Part shown: positions 8,759 through 18,359 of the stretch, one piece after another
Position numbering within the stretch: the stretch's first letter is position 1
How the letters are laid out: every line of letters begins with the position of its first letter
Origin: an uncultured Actinomycetes bacterium
GTDB lineage: Bacteria > Actinomycetota > Thermoleophilia > UBA2241
Direction: 5' to 3'
Length of the DNA: 64,000 nucleotides
Assembly: GCA_963709345.1 (NCBI GenBank)
Contig: CAVPVX010000002.1
Coordinates: 224,001 to 288,000, forward strand
The notes under the pieces: model-generated
Told to the model about the DNA's origin: nothing
The model's input: only the letters and a program-made list of their open reading frames with translations
The model's database searches: none
Position numbers and translations under genes: made by a program

Positions 8759-10414
8759 TCAGCCTGTCAGCCCCTCGAACGGGCCGGCGGCGTATATCGG
8801 CCGCCCCGCGAACAGGGTGAGCTCCACGCTCGCGTCGGCGATCTCCTGCGGCGAGACGGCCAGGATGTCGCGGTCCATCACGATGAGGTCGGCGGCCTTG
8901 CCGGCCTCGATGGTCCCGGTCTCGTCCTCGATGCCGAGCGCGTAGGCGCCGTGAGCGGTCCAGCTCCGGACCATCTGGGCGACGGTGACGCTCTCCTCCG
9001 GCCACAGTGGCCCTTCCTGTGTCGCGTCGGCGGGGTCCCTGCGCATGACGCCGCGCTGGATCGCCTGCAATGGATCCGGCGGCGGCGGCACCGGGTAGTC
9101 GCTGGCCGAGGCGGCAACGATGCTGTGGTCCCAGAAGCTCCGCATGGGGTACTCCCGGTCGGCGCGCTCACGGCCCAGATACGGCACCTGGCGCTCGCGG
9201 TACAGTTCGTCCTTCTGGAACCAGTACGGCTGCGGCACCGCCACCACACCAAGCGCGGCGAAGCGCGGCAGGTCAGCGGGGTCGAGAAGCTGCATGTGCG
9301 TTATGAGCGGACGCTCGACGCGGCCGCCCGTGGCGCGGGCCGCGGCCTCGACGGCGTCCAGACAGAGCGCGACCGCGCCGTCGCCGATCGCGTGGTAGTG
9401 CAGCCGGAACCCGGCCAGGGCGGCGGCGACCGACGCCGCCTCGAGACCGCCGGCCGGCCACATGGGATCACCGCGAAAGCCCGGGCGGTCGGCGTACGGC
9501 TCCTTGAGGACCGCGGTGTGGCCCTCCACGATGCCGTCGGCGAAGAGCTTGGCCCAGGCAGCCGTGACCAGCGGGCCCGTGTGGCGGGCCCGTTCCACGA
9601 CGGCGGCGCGAACCTGCTCCTCGACGGGCGCGTCCTCACGGATCCAGAGCGACAAACAGTAGCGGGCCGTGAGCGAGTCCTCGGCCTGAAGGACCTCGTA
9701 GGCGTCGAGCGCGGCGTCCCTCCCCACCTCGAGCACGGCGTCCTGGACGGTGGTGAGCCCGAACGGAGCGGCCACCGTGCGCTGGAAGTGCAGGATGCCG
9801 GCGCGAGCTTCGTCCAACGTCGGCGCCGGCATCGCGCGGACAACGAGCGCGGCCGGTCCCTCACGTAGCGTCCCCGAGGGGGTCCCGTCGCCCAGACGCT
9901 CGATCACCCCGCTGGGCGGATCGGGCGTGTCCGTGTCGATGCCGGCCAGCCGCAGGGCGCGCGTGTTGGCCCAGACGGAGTGGTAGCTGTCGTCGTGGAG
10001 CATCACCGGCCGGTCCGGGACGAGCGCATCGAGCCCCGACGCGAGCGGGCCGCCGGGTGGCATGACGGCGTCGCTCCAGCCGAATCCACGGATCGCCGGC
10101 AGCTCAGGATGCTCCCGCGCGAACGCCGCCACGGCGTCCAGACAGGCGTTCATCGACTCGAGCCCGCCGAGCGCCAGGTCGGTGAGCTCCTCGGCGGCGG
10201 ACGAGGCGTGCATGTGCGAGTCGATGAAGCCCGGCAGCACGAGCCGGCCGCCGAGGTCGACGACCACGGCCCCGGGCCCTGCCAGGTCGGCGACGACGTC
10301 GTTCGTCCCCGTGGCCAGGATCCGGCCTCCGGCAAGGGCCACGGCCTCGCAGCGGGAGCCCGCGGCGTCCGCCACGTGCACGACACCGTTCGTCAGGATC
10401 ATGTCGACAGCCAT
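8759..10414 (-). CDS. Amidohydrolase family 3 (YtcJ-like)
   Basis: LPGFIDSHMH, KLFADG, HAIGD, SDYPV, GKAADL. ATG 10414 with GGAGG RBS. Confidence 0.9.
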   Translation of the reverse strand: MAVDMILTNGVVHVADAAGSRCEAVALAGGRILATGTNDVVADLAGPGAVVVDLGGRLVLPGFIDSHMHASSAAEELTDLALGGLESMNACLDAVAAFAREHPELPAIRGFGWSDAVMPPGGPLASGLDALVPDRPVMLHDDSYHSVWANTRALRLAGIDTDTPDPPSGVIERLGDGTPSGTLREGPAALVVRAMPAPTLDEARAGILHFQRTVAAPFGLTTVQDAVLEVGRDAALDAYEVLQAEDSLTARYCLSLWIREDAPVEEQVRAAVVERARHTGPLVTAAWAKLFADGIVEGHTAVLKEPYADRPGFRGDPMWPAGGLEAASVAAALAGFRLHYHAIGDGAVALCLDAVEAAARATGGRVERPLITHMQLLDPADLPRFAALGVVAVPQPYWFQKDELYRERQVPYLGRERADREYPMRSFWDHSIVAASASDYPVPPPPDPLQAIQRGVMRRDPADATQEGPLWPEESVTVAQMVRSWTAHGAYALGIEDETGTIEAGKAADLIVMDRDILAVSPQEIADASVELTLFAGRPIYAAGPFEGLTG

Positions 10415-10524
10415 CTCGCCTCCCGGGAAGCCTCGCGAAGTCTGCCGGTGACGATACAGGGTTGCGGCGCAGCACGTACAGCCCGTCGTGCCCGGAGCGG
10501 CCGCGCCGCCGTCCGGAGCGCGCG

Positions 10525-11583
10525 TCAGCGGCTGAAGCCGAACCCGAAGCCCGGGGGCTGCTCGAGCGGGAGCAGAGGGCTCAAAGGCACTCCCGCCCGA
10601 GCCTCGCCGTGGAAGTCCCGGGGGGCGACGTCGTTGGGTCCGCCGGCGTACAGCAGGCTGGCCAGCGCCTGGATCTGATCGCGCCCGACGCCGAGCTCGA
10701 ACTGACCGCCCCCGTAGAGGGTCACGCCGGCCGCCCGGGCGCGCGCGACGCAGTCGAACAGCGCGCTCAGGCTCCCGAACCGTGACGGCTTGATGTTGAG
10801 GTAACGCGGAGCGGCGGCGGCCGCGACCCGTACCGCGAGAGCTTCCACGTCGGCCCACGAGTGCACCGGCGCGTCAAAGCTGAAGCGCGCCTCCTCGCCG
10901 CGCAGCGCCTCGCGCGCCGGACCGTCGACGGCAGGGTCCTCGAGGATCGCGTCCGGGAACGCCGCCGCCACGAGGCGGTACTGCACCGGGTCCGGCGGGT
11001 TGTCGACCGGCGAGCCCTCGTAGAACGCCTTGAAGTCGAGCGCCCGCACGCGTCCCGTGGCCGCGATCTCGGCCATCAGACGGGCGTCCCACTCGGGTGT
11101 CGGGTCGAGCTTGAATTCGAGGCCCGGGTCCACGGCCAGCCACGGCTTGATGTCCAGCCGCGTGCTGAGGACGAAGCGGACGGGCGAGTAGGGAAGCCCG
11201 AGCGCCTCGCCCAGGCTGAGCTTCGCCTGCCGCAGGGCGAGGTCGAGCGCGGCGCTCTCGAAGCCCCAGCGCCGGTAGTGGCGAAAGAACTCCTGCTGCG
11301 GCGACCCGCCCGGGAACAGGTCGACGCCGCCCACATGCCGCGAGAAGCCGTCGAGCGACCACGAGCCGGCCAGCGAGAGAGCCGCCGGATAGTCGTCGTG
11401 GTCCTCGGCCGCGTAGGTCACGTCCTCGCCGCGGCCCTCCAGCCCGCCGCCGCTCAGGACGACCTCCGTCGTCACACGGCGGAAGCCGCTCGAGACGTCC
11501 AGCTCGCGACGCTCGACTCTGTAGCCGTCGACCTCCAAGCCGAGCCCCGCGAGATGCTCGTACAGGCCGGCGATCCCCGGCAC
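10525..11583 (-). CDS. Enolase-superfamily-like protein (mandelate racemase/epimerase-like)
   Basis: GRGEDVTY, ESAALDLAL, FKLD, LEDP, SFDAP, NIKPSRFG, YGGGQFELG. Confidence 0.7.
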   Translation of the reverse strand: MPGIAGLYEHLAGLGLEVDGYRVERRELDVSSGFRRVTTEVVLSGGGLEGRGEDVTYAAEDHDDYPAALSLAGSWSLDGFSRHVGGVDLFPGGSPQQEFFRHYRRWGFESAALDLALRQAKLSLGEALGLPYSPVRFVLSTRLDIKPWLAVDPGLEFKLDPTPEWDARLMAEIAATGRVRALDFKAFYEGSPVDNPPDPVQYRLVAAAFPDAILEDPAVDGPAREALRGEEARFSFDAPVHSWADVEALAVRVAAAAAPRYLNIKPSRFGSLSALFDCVARARAAGVTLYGGGQFELGVGRDQIQALASLLYAGGPNDVAPRDFHGEARAGVPLSPLLPLEQPPGFGFGFSR

Positions 11584-11683
11584 GCGTTCCCTGCGATCAT
11601 GGCGCGAGATGTCCATGCAGCCCTTGTACCCTCCCGGCGCGAATCACAGCCGCGCCCGGCGGCGTCTGGCATACTTGCGAGAC

Positions 11684-12448
11684 ATGCCTCCCCTCCCCGA
11701 CATCGGCATCTCGACCAGCGCCTGGTCGACGCACTCGCTGCCGTTCGCGCTCGAGCGCATCGCGAAACTCGCGCCGGCGGCCGAGATCCGCTCCTTCGAT
11801 ATGCACACGCTGCTCAGCAAGCGCAACCGCGTCGCCGCCCTGGCCGCCGGGCTCTCCTACACGGTCCACGGGCCGTTCGGCTACCGCGGACTGGGCGACG
11901 CGTCGGAGACCGCGAGACGCGCGGCGCTGGACGAGCACGCGCGGCATCTCGAGGCGGCGGCCGCCGTGAGCGCCCGCCTCTACATCGTCCACCCCGACTG
12001 GCATCCGGAGGTCACGCCGCGCGACTCCGTGGTGGTCGCCGCGCTGGAGCGCTCTTACGCGGAGCTCTACGACATGCAGGACGGGCTCGGGCTCGAAGTC
12101 GTGGTCGAGAACATGCCCGGCGCGGGCCACTCGCATTTCACGCAGCCCGGCGACCTCGACCTGCAGGGCCTCGGGCTGATCCTCGACGTCGGGCACGCAA
12201 GCATCAGCGGCTGTCTCGACGACTGGCTCACGGACCCGCGAGCCACACTGCGTCACCTCCACGTGCACGACAACGCCGGCGTCGGCGACGACGACGATCC
12301 ACACCTGCCGCTCGGCGCCGGCGTCGTGGACGCCGCAGCCGTGATACGCGCGGCGCGCGCGGCCGGGGCGTCCGTCGTCCTCGAGCACTACGACGAGTGG
12401 GCGGTGCTCGCCAGCCTCGCCCGCCTCCAGACGCTCGATCTGCTCTGA
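11684..12448 (+). CDS. Sugar phosphate isomerase/epimerase TIM barrel, paralog 2
   Basis: Same motif set as 7930-8703: TVHGPF, VENMP, LDVGHA, HVHDNAG, DPHLPLGAG. Confidence 0.85.
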   Translation: MPPLPDIGISTSAWSTHSLPFALERIAKLAPAAEIRSFDMHTLLSKRNRVAALAAGLSYTVHGPFGYRGLGDASETARRAALDEHARHLEAAAAVSARLYIVHPDWHPEVTPRDSVVVAALERSYAELYDMQDGLGLEVVVENMPGAGHSHFTQPGDLDLQGLGLILDVGHASISGCLDDWLTDPRATLRHLHVHDNAGVGDDDDPHLPLGAGVVDAAAVIRAARAAGASVVLEHYDEWAVLASLARLQTLDLL

Positions 12449-12642
12449 CCCCAGCCCTCCGTCGGATCTCGCCGGCGCCGGCGCCGAGGCCGCCGCTCAA
12501 TCTGCGAGCAGTTCGATCAGCTCTCCTTTGATGTCATGCAGCCGCTCCGGGATCACGCCGGCCGACGCCGCCCGTTTGATAGACTCGCCCTGCGCCGCTC
12601 CCGGCGCTCCACCGCACACGCCAACGACCGAAGGCGCACGCC

Positions 12643-13479
12643 ATGAGCCAGTCCTTCACGTACACGGGCACCAGCGACTACATCGCCGCGCCCGACCTCA
12701 TGCAGACCGTCAACGTCGCCGTGCAGCTCAGCCGCCCGCTGCTCATCAAGGGCGAGCCCGGCACCGGCAAGACCATGCTCGCCCAGAGCATCGCCCGCGG
12801 CCTCGAGATGCCCCTGCTCGTCTGGAACGTGAAGTCCACGACCAAGGCGCAGGACGGGCTCTACGTCTACGATACCGTGCAGCGCCTCTACGACGGCCAG
12901 TTCGGCGACCGCGACGTGAGCGACATCGCCCAGTACATCAAGCCCGGCAAGCTGGGCGAGGCCTTCGCCGGCGAGGAGCGCGTGGTGCTCCTCATCGACG
13001 AGATCGACAAGGCCGACCTCGAGTTCCCCAACGACCTCCTGTGGGAGCTCGACCAGATGGAGTTCCACATCCCCGAGACCCACGAGACGATCAAGGCGAA
13101 GCAGCGGCCGATCGTCCTCATCACCTCCAACGCTGAGAAGGAACTGCCGGACGCGTTCCTGCGCCGCTGCGTGTTCCACTACATCGAGTTCCCGGACGAG
13201 GAGATGATGGAGCGCATCGTGCGCGTGCACGTGCCGGAACTGGACAAGCGTCTGCTCGACCTCGCGATACAGGCCTTCTACTGGCTGCGCGACGTGCCCG
13301 GCCTGCAGAAGAAGCCCAGCACCAGCGAGCTCATCGACTGGGTGCAGGCGCTGGCGCGCGGCGGAGTCGACCCCAAGCAGATCGCCGCGCGCCTGCCCTT
13401 CATGGGCGTGCTTCTCAAGAAGGATCACGACGTCGACGTGGCCAACCGGGCGCTCGCGAGCGGCCGCGGCCGCAGGTAG
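12643..13479 (+). CDS. MoxR family AAA+ ATPase (stand-alone)
   Basis: KGEPGTGKT, LLIDEIDKADLEFPNDLL, TSNAEKELPDAFLRRC. Confidence 0.92.
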   Translation: MSQSFTYTGTSDYIAAPDLMQTVNVAVQLSRPLLIKGEPGTGKTMLAQSIARGLEMPLLVWNVKSTTKAQDGLYVYDTVQRLYDGQFGDRDVSDIAQYIKPGKLGEAFAGEERVVLLIDEIDKADLEFPNDLLWELDQMEFHIPETHETIKAKQRPIVLITSNAEKELPDAFLRRCVFHYIEFPDEEMMERIVRVHVPELDKRLLDLAIQAFYWLRDVPGLQKKPSTSELIDWVQALARGGVDPKQIAARLPFMGVLLKKDHDVDVANRALASGRGRR

Positions 13480-13510
13480 AGCGGGCCGGCCGCCGGACAA
13501 AGGGGAACGC

Positions 13511-13603
13511 ATGAGCGTGGGAGGCCTCGAGCTCTTCATCATCATCGTGGTCGCGATCGTCGTGGCCGTGCTCGTCCTGCGAGAGATCATGACGAAGCGC
13601 TGA
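13511..13603 (+). CDS. 30-aa single-pass membrane peptide
   Basis: AAGGGGA RBS, then MSVGGLELFIIIVVAIVVAVLVLREIMTKR*; GC3-rich codons; fills the MoxR-VWA gap. Confidence 0.65.
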   Translation: MSVGGLELFIIIVVAIVVAVLVLREIMTKR

Positions 13604-13617
13604 AACGCGGCGCGCTC

Positions 13618-14827
13618 TTGTTCACCGACTTCTTCTTCCTGCTGCGCTCCTACGGGGTGCCGGTCACGGTCACCGAGTGGCTCGCGCTCATGCGAGGACT
13701 CGCCATGGGCCTGGTGCCGACCGGCCTCGACCAGTTCTACGCCGTGGCGCGCAGCATCCTCGTCAAGAGCGAGACGTACTTCGATCAGTACGACCAGGCG
13801 TTCGCCCACATGTTCAAGGGCATCGAGACGCCCTTTGAGATCGAGGACGAGGTCTGGGACTGGCTCGCCAGCCCGCTCACCATGCCCGGGCTGACCGACG
13901 AGGAGCGCCGGCTACTGGCCGCCGCGCTCGACGACCTCGACCTGGAGGCGCTCCAGAGGTTGTTCGAGGAGCGCCTCAAGGAGCAGGACGAGGCCCACCA
14001 CGGCGGCAGCAAGTGGGTGGGCACCGGCGGTACCAGCCCCTTCGGCCACTCCGGCTATCACCCCGGCGGCATCCGTGTGGGCGGCGAGAGCCGCAACCGC
14101 TCCGCCGTCAAGGTGGCCGGCGAGCGCCGCTACCGCGGCTACCGCACCGACCAGGAGGTCGGCGTGCGGCAGTTCGAGCTCGCCCTGCGGCGCCTGCGTC
14201 AGCTGAGCTCGCGCAACGAGGGCGTACCCGACGAGCTCGACCTCGACGAGACCGTGGAAGAGACGGCGAGCAACGCCGGCCGCCTCAGCCTCGTCTGGCG
14301 CAAGAGCCGCAAGAACGCCGTCAAGGTGCTGCTGCTCATGGACGTCGGCGGCTCCATGCACGCGTATCTCCGCCTCTGCAGCCAGCTCTTCAGCGCCGTC
14401 GACCGCAGCACCCACTTCAAGGACCTGCGCACCTACTACTTCCACAATTGCGTCTACGACTGGCTCTACACGAGCACGCGTATGACGTCGTCGCGAGTCG
14501 ATCTCCACCCGACGCGTGCTCCAGGAGCTCCCCGGCGACTACAAGCTCATCATCGTCGGCGACGCGGCCATGGCCCCGAGCGAGCTGATGGCCAGCAACG
14601 GCATCATCTGGTGGGGTCACCTCAACGACGAGCCCGGAATCGAGTGGCTCAGGCGGCTGCGCACCCACTTCGACCACTCCGTGTGGCTCAACACCATCCC
14701 CGAGAGCGACTGGGACCACGCCTACGGAAGCGTCACGCTGCGCAAGGTTCGCGAGGTCTTCCCCATGTTCGAGCTCACGGTGGACGGGCTGACGGCGGCG
14801 ACGCGCAAGCTGATGGTCCGCTACTGA
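13618..14827 (+). pseudogene. VWA/CoxE-like partner of MoxR, interrupted by one extra base near 14494 (mutation or assembly error)
   Basis: GGSKWVGTGGTSPFGHSG, LMDVGGSM, YYFHNC. Removing one base gives MTSSESISTRRVLQELPGDYKLIIVGDAAMAP, joining ORF 14516-14827. Confidence 0.8.
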
Positions 14828-14928
14828 GGCGCGGCCGTGGCGGGCCGGCTCCGGACCTGCAGGCCGCCCCTGGCCGAACGTTCCATTGAGTACGGCGGCC
14901 GGGCGGCCGATACTTGCAGTGGCGAGCA

Positions 14929-16563
14929 ATGGCAGACCAGCGAAACGACATCGTGGCCGACGGATCCTCTTACGCGCTCGTCTGCAGTGACGGCGGGCCG
15001 GACGACGTCGTCCTCAGCGAGACCCTGGTGGCGCTCGCCGAGCAGATCGCCCGCGCGCTCGACTCCTTCGAATGCTGCATCTACGAGTACCTGCCGGAGC
15101 GCGAAGCGCTGCGCGCCCAGGCGATCTGGTCGCGGCGGCTCACGCAGCGCGACCGTGAGTGGATCGGCGAGGTGCACGCGCTCGACGAGATCCCCGACTT
15201 CGCGCGCGTCGTCGGCCGCCGCGAGGTCCTCGTGGCGTACCCCTACGACGACGTCGACGCCGCCACCTCGAGCTTCGACAGCATGGCCTACTGGGGCGAG
15301 CTGGCCGCGATCCGGGCGCCCATCGTGCACGGTGACGAGGTACTCGGCATCCTGGAGCTCACCGAGAAGACACGCGCGCGCACGTTCGACGAGCGGGACG
15401 AAAGGCTCATGCGCCAGATGGCGTCGCTCGCCGGGGTGGCGCTGCGCAATGCGCGCGTATCACGCGCGGCGGAGCAGCGTAACCGCCAGCTGACGGCCCT
15501 CATCGATTCATCGCGGGCGATGATCTCCACCCTCGACCTCGACGAGGTGCTCGACATCGTGTCACGCCAGGCGGCGCTGGCCCTGGACGCGGGCTCGAGC
15601 TACATCTACGGCTACGACGCCGAGGCCGAGGCCATGATATGGCTCGCCGAGTACCAGCGTGACCCCAGCCACGGCTTCGAGGAGCCTCTCGGCACCGTCT
15701 ACCCGCTCGCCGATCTGCCTCAGGACCTCGCCGTCGTCCGCACGCGGCGGCCGGTGGAGGTCCGCATCGACGACCCCGAGCTCGACGCAGTGACCCGGGA
15801 GCAGCTCGAGGACTGGGAGGAGCAGTCGTCGCTCATGGTGCCGCTTCTGGTGGGCGACGCCGTGGTCGGCGCCCTCGAGGTGAGCGAGGCCGACTACCCT
15901 CGTCGCTACACTGAGGAGGAGGTCGCCCTCTGCGTCGCCCTCGGGGAGCAGGCCGCCGCCGCAATCCACAACGCCCAGCTCTACAGCACGCTCCAGCAAC
16001 AGAAGGCCATCATCGAGCAGCAGGCGACGACCGACGGCCTGACAGGGCTCGCCAACCACCGCTACTTCTGGAAGCGGTTGCGCGAGGAGGCCGCTCGCGC
16101 TCGGCGGTACGACCACCCGCTGTCGCTCCTCATGCTCGACCTCGACGACTTCAAGGGCGTCAACGACCGCTTCGGCCATCCCGCGGGCGACCAGGTACTA
16201 CAGGCGGTCGGGGTCGTGCTGCGCGATCAGGTCCGCCAAGGCATCGACATCCCGGCTCGGTACGGCGGCGAGGAGTTCGCCGTCGTGCTCCCCTGCACCG
16301 AGTCCGTCATGGACGACGGCGCCACCCTCGACGGCGCGGTGACGACGGCGACGCGCATCCATCAGGCCATCGCCGATCTGCGCTCGCCGCTCGACGACGC
16401 CGCCTGGCCGGGGATCACCGCGAGCATCGGCGTCGCGACACTCCCGGTGCACGCCACCGACGCCGAAGACCTGGTCAGCAAGGCCGACCAGGCGCTCTAC
16501 CGGGCCAAGCGCCTGGGCAAGGACCGCATCGCCGTCTACGCGCCCGAGGACGAGCCCGGCTGA
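14929..16563 (+). CDS. GAF-GAF-GGDEF diguanylate cyclase
   Basis: Two GAF-like segments, TDGLTGLAN, DLDDFKGVNDRFGH, ARYGGEEF, ADQALYRAK. Confidence 0.92.
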   Translation: MADQRNDIVADGSSYALVCSDGGPDDVVLSETLVALAEQIARALDSFECCIYEYLPEREALRAQAIWSRRLTQRDREWIGEVHALDEIPDFARVVGRREVLVAYPYDDVDAATSSFDSMAYWGELAAIRAPIVHGDEVLGILELTEKTRARTFDERDERLMRQMASLAGVALRNARVSRAAEQRNRQLTALIDSSRAMISTLDLDEVLDIVSRQAALALDAGSSYIYGYDAEAEAMIWLAEYQRDPSHGFEEPLGTVYPLADLPQDLAVVRTRRPVEVRIDDPELDAVTREQLEDWEEQSSLMVPLLVGDAVVGALEVSEADYPRRYTEEEVALCVALGEQAAAAIHNAQLYSTLQQQKAIIEQQATTDGLTGLANHRYFWKRLREEAARARRYDHPLSLLMLDLDDFKGVNDRFGHPAGDQVLQAVGVVLRDQVRQGIDIPARYGGEEFAVVLPCTESVMDDGATLDGAVTTATRIHQAIADLRSPLDDAAWPGITASIGVATLPVHATDAEDLVSKADQALYRAKRLGKDRIAVYAPEDEPG

Positions 16564-16570
16564 CGCGCCC

Positions 16571-18196
16571 TCAGGGCTTCGCGCCGAGACAGTAGAACCA
16601 GCCGTCGCGGCAGCCGATGTAGATGCGGCCGTCCCAGATGACCGGCGTCGACTCGAAGGCGCCTTCGGCGAAGAACTGGTCGCGCTCGCTGAGGCTCACC
16701 GTCCAGTACATGCCGTCGCCGTTGGCGCTGGGGAGCGCGCCGGCGTCGCCCTTCTCGGCCGGCGCGTACTCGAGGTCGAAGAGGTGGACGCGCTGGTCGT
16801 AGCTGGCGGCCACCAGCGCGTCCTCTACGATGATCGGCGTCGAGATCGCGCCGCCGTTCCAGATCTTCGCCACCTGCACCGGCGTCTTGAGGCCGCGTTC
16901 GCGGTTCGGGCCCCGCACGGTGGCTTCGGCCATCGTGTCCTGCGACACCACGTAGAGGTACCCGTCGACGGCGCTGAAGGCGCAGAGGGCCGGGTACTGC
17001 CCGCCGGGGTTGTACTCGTCGTTGACCGCGGCCGAACCGACGATGCCGCCGTCCCAGTCCCCGATCTTGCGGTCGCCGGTCGGGAAGTACCACACGGCGG
17101 CCTCCGCCGCGGACTTCGCCGGATCGAGACACAGCATCCCGCCCTTGCCCTTGATGTACTCCTTCTCGACCGATTGCAGCAGCAGCCCGCGCTTCGTCGG
17201 CACCGGCGTCCCGTCGAGGTCCGAGCCGATGAAATAGTCCCAGACGACCTTGAGATCGGAGCGCCGGAGGCCGTACACGTGCCCGGCGCCGGAGGCGATG
17301 TACAGGTTCTCGCCGAGCGCCGAGGCCGACGACTCCAGAACAAGGTTGCGGCCGTGGCTCGCGGCGCGCTCGTCACCGAGGAGCAGTCGCTCGGCGAGGA
17401 CGACCGGCTTCTTGCCTTCCGCCCACTCCTCGGTCGCCAGCGGGTCGAGGGTGGTGAACCACCCGCTCTCGAGCCCGATGTAGAAGCGGCCGTCGTGGAA
17501 GAAGCCGCTGCCGTCGCAGTCACGGCTGTAGCAGCGCGTCTGCGGCACCGGCAGCCGCCACAACTCCTTGCCGCTCCCGAAGGTCATCGCCCGCAGCGGT
17601 GCGACGCTCTCATCGGCGAGCTTCAGCGGGTAGCCGCGGCGCGAGCCGGCGATCACGACGTACTTGTCGTCGGGGCCCGTCGGCGAGGGATTCCGGAAGA
17701 CCGACGGGCTGCTCTTGATGATGTCATCGAACTCGTACGTCCACACGACCTTGCCGGTCGTCGCGTCGATGCGCCGCAGCCGGTAGTCGTAGCCGCTCGC
17801 GATCACATAGGGCTTGCCGCCGTCGACGACGACGTTCGCCTGGCCCGTCCAGCCGCTTCCCGCCCACTTGCTGGGGGGATCGTCGTCGAGCTTGCCCGAG
17901 CTCCAGCCGCTCCCGAGCTTCACCTTCCAGAGCACGTCGAGACGCTTCGGCGCCGGTCCCAGCCCGTAGAACCGGCGCCCGTAGTTGCCGAGAAACGTGC
18001 CGACCTTGACGCCGTCTCCGGCGAGCTCCGGACGCGGCGGCGGCGAGATCGGGCCGGCCACGACCTGCGGCTGCTCGTCACCGCCGCAGCCGCAGCCGCC
18101 GCAGGCGGCGGCGCGCCAGACGACCAGCGCGAGCACGGCGACGAGGACGACGAGGGCGCCGCAGCGGCGGCGGCGCAGCTGGCACTGGCGCTGCAT
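16571..18196 (-). CDS. Exported PQQ-like beta-propeller repeat protein
   Basis: N-terminal hydrophobic segment; repeats DATTGKVVW, FESTPVIWDGRIYIGCRDGWFYCL. Confidence 0.75.
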   Translation of the reverse strand: MQRQCQLRRRRCGALVVLVAVLALVVWRAAACGGCGCGGDEQPQVVAGPISPPPRPELAGDGVKVGTFLGNYGRRFYGLGPAPKRLDVLWKVKLGSGWSSGKLDDDPPSKWAGSGWTGQANVVVDGGKPYVIASGYDYRLRRIDATTGKVVWTYEFDDIIKSSPSVFRNPSPTGPDDKYVVIAGSRRGYPLKLADESVAPLRAMTFGSGKELWRLPVPQTRCYSRDCDGSGFFHDGRFYIGLESGWFTTLDPLATEEWAEGKKPVVLAERLLLGDERAASHGRNLVLESSASALGENLYIASGAGHVYGLRRSDLKVVWDYFIGSDLDGTPVPTKRGLLLQSVEKEYIKGKGGMLCLDPAKSAAEAAVWYFPTGDRKIGDWDGGIVGSAAVNDEYNPGGQYPALCAFSAVDGYLYVVSQDTMAEATVRGPNRERGLKTPVQVAKIWNGGAISTPIIVEDALVAASYDQRVHLFDLEYAPAEKGDAGALPSANGDGMYWTVSLSERDQFFAEGAFESTPVIWDGRIYIGCRDGWFYCLGAKP

Positions 18197-18359
18197 GGAG
18201 CGGCGGCGCGGGGGCCGCCCGTGATTTCCGGCCGTGGTCTCGATGCGGCAACGATACTACGCGTGGATGCCGGCCGCCCGCGGAGCGGATAGGATGCGGG
18301 GGCTGGCCGGCGCAGCCGCACCGGCCGCACGACGACACACCATGACCGCGGAGGCACCC

